A DNA stretch of 64,000 nt. Origin: Azolla caroliniana. Its lineage: Eukaryota; Plantae; Polypodiophyta. The stretch is taken from NCBI GenBank assembly GCA_043228905.1, contig JBHGNT010000016.1, positions 18,414,001 through 18,478,000 on the forward strand. Reading direction: 5' to 3'. Positions 60,601 through 64,000 of this stretch are shown here, piece after piece. How positions within the stretch are numbered: the stretch's first letter is position 1; every line of letters starts with the position of its first letter. The notes beneath the pieces are model-generated. The model was not told where the DNA came from. It searched no databases and worked only from the letters and a program-made list of their open reading frames with translations. A program made the position numbers and the translations under genes.

Positions 60601-63600
60601 CCTAATTCTTAACATGGTATCAGAGCGTGTGGTTTAGAAAATCCACTAAGCCCACCTGACTCCATGATTGTGTGTTTGAGACGCCGACGACAAAATCCTG
60701 CTATCCGCTACCGTAGTGCCGCTACGTAGCATGTGATCGAAGGAAGGAAAGATGAGAAGGAAGACACTACGTAAAAATGAACACACAAATGGGTAGCTCG
60801 CTCCCTAGTGGAAAGCTAGACCGGAGCAATTATTCATCTTGAGAGTACAAGATGAACCAATACCTCGTCAGCCAAGGGTATTGGAGCTACATCAACGGTG
60901 CACAAGAAAATCGACCTGACCCAAAGAACACCGATTAGTCAACATGGGAGCAAGCAACGAGTCGAGTCATGTATTACTTGGCAACATGTGTCCAGGACCA
61001 CATGCTTAGCCACATTCAAGACACCAAGACGCCTAAAGAAGCGTGGGCGAACTTAAATAAAATATTCACCACCAACATGACCGCCAGAAGCTTCAACTCC
61101 GACAAGAGTTGAACCACATTCGGCAAGAAGATATGTCTGTGTCAGACTACACCGCCAAGATAAAGAACATTTCCGACTCGCTTGGCTCCATCAACATAAA
61201 CGTCGATGAAGACGAGATGGTTCAAGTATTCTTGGGTGGCCTCGCACAACGATTTGATCCATTACGGATGGCAATCTTGGCGAGAGAAAACCCACTGTGA
61301 GGAGGAGTGTCGAAAAAGAAGAAGCGAGTCGGCTTCGACAAGTCAACAATGCACGTATTACGCCACCAACTCCGAATATGACCACTACGATGGACTATTC
61401 GTAATGAGGCATAGAGCGAACTTTATGTCGGCCTCCGACTCTACAAGCACCTCCAATTCGAAAGACGTCTAGTTCCTTGATTCTAGCACCTCACATCACA
61501 TGACATCCCACAAAGACTGGTTCAGTGATTTGCGCACACCCGAGCGACCCGGCATCATAGAGACGGGTGACGACACCACACATCTGATTCGGCACATCGG
61601 CAACATTCCATTTGGCAACAACGGCCAAAATAATTGCATCAAGAATGTCTTGCGTGTGCCCACAATAACAAAGAATTTGGTCTCGGTCGGCCAAATCGTG
61701 GAGCAAGGCATGCAAGTCCGCTTCAACAACGAAGGTTGTTTCATCAAGAAAGATGGCCGACTCATAGCCAAGGGACAGAGAGATGGTCACATGTTCATCC
61801 TCGATTCGAACGAGATGAAATCGGTCATATATGGCCAAGGTCTCAAAACCGAGAGAAGCATCGAGTTGTGGAACACGAGAATCGGCCACATCAACCTCCA
61901 ACGGGTCCGAGCTATGCAAACAAAGGGAGTCGTCATCGAACTTCCGACATTCGAGTCGAAATGAATCGACTGAGTATGCAAAGCATGTCAACTCGGCATA
62001 CAAAATCGACTCCCATTCCCGAAGGCGAGCTACGCAAGAAAATGCCTCCTCAACGTCATACACTCGGATGTATGGGGATTGGCTCAAACGCCGACGATCG
62101 ACGGATGCCGATACTACGACACCTTCATCGACGACCACTCCCACTACACGTGGATCTTCCTGATGAAGAAGAAGAGCGAAGTGATCTCCCACTTCCAAAA
62201 GCTCAAGGGCCAAGTCGAAAAAGAAACCGGTCGGCACATTCGATGCCTACAATCAGATGGAGGCAAGGAGTACTTCTCCAACGAGTTCACCTCCTACCTC
62301 CAAACTGAAGGCATTCGCAGAGAATTCTCATGCCGACACACACTCCAACAAAATGGAGTCGCCGAAAAGAAAACACGGCAAATACTCGAGGTAGCACACG
62401 CCATGATGTATGAGAAACACATGCCAAACTTCTATTGGGCGGAAGCGGCATCCACGTCCGTCTATCTCATGAATCGATGCACCACCAATGGAGTGCATGA
62501 GCTAACTCTATACGAACTCCTTGTCGGAAGGAAGCCGATCTTGTCGCACCTCAAGGTGTTCAGAAGCGTTGCGAATGTACACATCCCGAACGAAAGCCGA
62601 CAGAAGCCCGACGCAAAGTCGTAGGAACGTATCCTCATAGGACACTCATCCAAGAAGAAGGCATACAAGTGCTATAACCCTTCGACACGAGCGGTTCGGG
62701 TGAGTCGAGATGTAGTCTTCGACGAATCGGCATCTTGGTATAAGCTCGATTCGGCTCCACCCGACATGATCGAGGAAGAGTTGAACGTCAACTCGTAGGA
62801 TGATATTCGGCCAAGCCCTTCACCAACGGACCGTCCAAGCTCTACCGAGCTAAGTGGACGACACGAGCCTTCAAGCCTTCCAAGCATGCCGCGGCCAAGT
62901 ACGGCCTTGGACAAAGGCAAAGGTAAGATGCCCGAATACGAAGTTGACCACCCCGACGACAATGATTCGGATGTGTCGACTCCCTCACTAGACAGTGAGT
63001 TTGGTGTACCCATCATGCAGACACCCGGAGTAAAGAAGGCGCTCACATTGGTGAGAGAAAAACTTCGACGCTCATCTAGAGCTAAGAACTCTGTCACTCG
63101 GCTCGGCTACAACGAGTACATGGCCCATCACTATGTCTTCACGATGAAGGTAGCGGTCGAACAAGAGCCCATGAGCTCCACTGAAGCGGCTCATAACCCA
63201 CCATGGGTGGAAGTAGTCGACCTTCGCCCACACACTACAAGCCTTCGTCACCGGCTTGAGGGGGAGGAACCGAGATTGCCACGACAAAGAAAGCCGAAGG
63301 TCGAATGGAAGCACACGAAGCCGATGAAAGCAAAATCGGATGTTGGACGCCTCACACTTTAGCTTGAGGGGGTGTGTTGAGAGATCAAGGTTCAACTTAG
63401 TTTGGTTTGTTAGTCAACCATGTAATTTTGTAGTTACCTAGATAGAATCTAGTTAGAAGTGTTGACTATAACGCCTTAAATAGGACCTTGTACTTAAGTG
63501 GGATATTCTAGATCCTCCACTCCTAAGTACATTTAATATAGGACTTATACTTTTGTACCTATATCATCCTCACACATGTGCACCCTACCCTTGCACATGA

Positions 63601-64000
63601 GATCTATATATACCTCATTGTAGGTATTTTTGTATTTGATGATGATGATGCTAAGTTAATATAGAGTTGATTATCCCCCATCTTGCGTTGTTCATAAGTG
63701 TTAACTTCCTCTCTCTCTTCCTCTCACACACATACACACACATATCACTTAATCTTCCGCTTAACTTAATCATATAATTAGGTACTAATTAACCCGTAGT
63801 TAATCACCTAATTCTTAACAATAACAAAGCATGGACTTTTGTCGTCTTCTAATGAGGAAATACTGATAGGATTATATATTAATAGTTTCCATAATAAAGA
63901 TTTTCATTATGAGATCCACACTCATCAACCCAAGACTTTGGGAGAAGCGATGGAACGTGCCCGCATTCTATTTGACACAAAAGCTCGTTACCAACCAAAA
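57652..64000 (+). mobile_element. Ty3/gypsy-like element K (5' part): LTR 57652-58038, Met-type PBS 58041-58052, long leader, gag ~59477-60174 resuming at 63826
   Basis: TGTAAT...ATTACA ends, PBS tggtatcaaagc, and retrotransposon Gag features (SWINQW..F, KSWWEW, PKTLGEAMERA). A 60-bp tandem duplication at 58348-58467 lies in the leader. Confidence 0.72.
60175..63820 (+). mobile_element. Internally deleted copia H (gag-PR-IN, no RT/RNase H)
   Basis: Near-identical LTRs 60175-60614 and 63375-63820, TSD ATAAC (60170-60174 / 63821-63825), PBS 60615-60626 and PPT ~63366-63374. Integrase SDGGKEY/QQNGVAEKK. Confidence 0.93.

Overview
Eukaryotic land-plant genomic DNA. A seed-free lineage (fern, lycophyte or bryophyte) is my inference from the retroelement types and is not proven. 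An island of two convergent genes (about 28-45.3 kb) lies between two piles of nested, decayed LTR retrotransposons. The genes are a WRKY19-like/loricrin-like HGGG zinc-finger protein (+, 2 coding exons) and a reconstructed 15-exon, about 1113-aa protein fusing two PTM/DIR17-like Tudor domains to a divergent RCC1-like propeller (-). The left pile (1-26.5 kb) is copia Z containing copia A (with E, F and a solo LTR) and copia B (with gypsy-lineage C, a solo LTR and full-length gypsy D). The right pile (47.4-64 kb) is copia G with five LTR insertions, plus gypsy K with copia H inserted in it. The strongest signal is a tRNA-Trp-primed, non-chromodomain Ty3/gypsy lineage with six insertions. All six sit at 4-bp (A/C)CG(G/T) targets centred on CpG inside older copia elements. 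The lineage shares a conserved U5 stem-loop. Its full-length member D has Gag-protease separated from Pol by a GGATTTT slippery site and a predicted pseudoknot, and two of its LTRs carry a tRNA-like Pol III promoter module. All coordinates were read by eye and no database searches were run.
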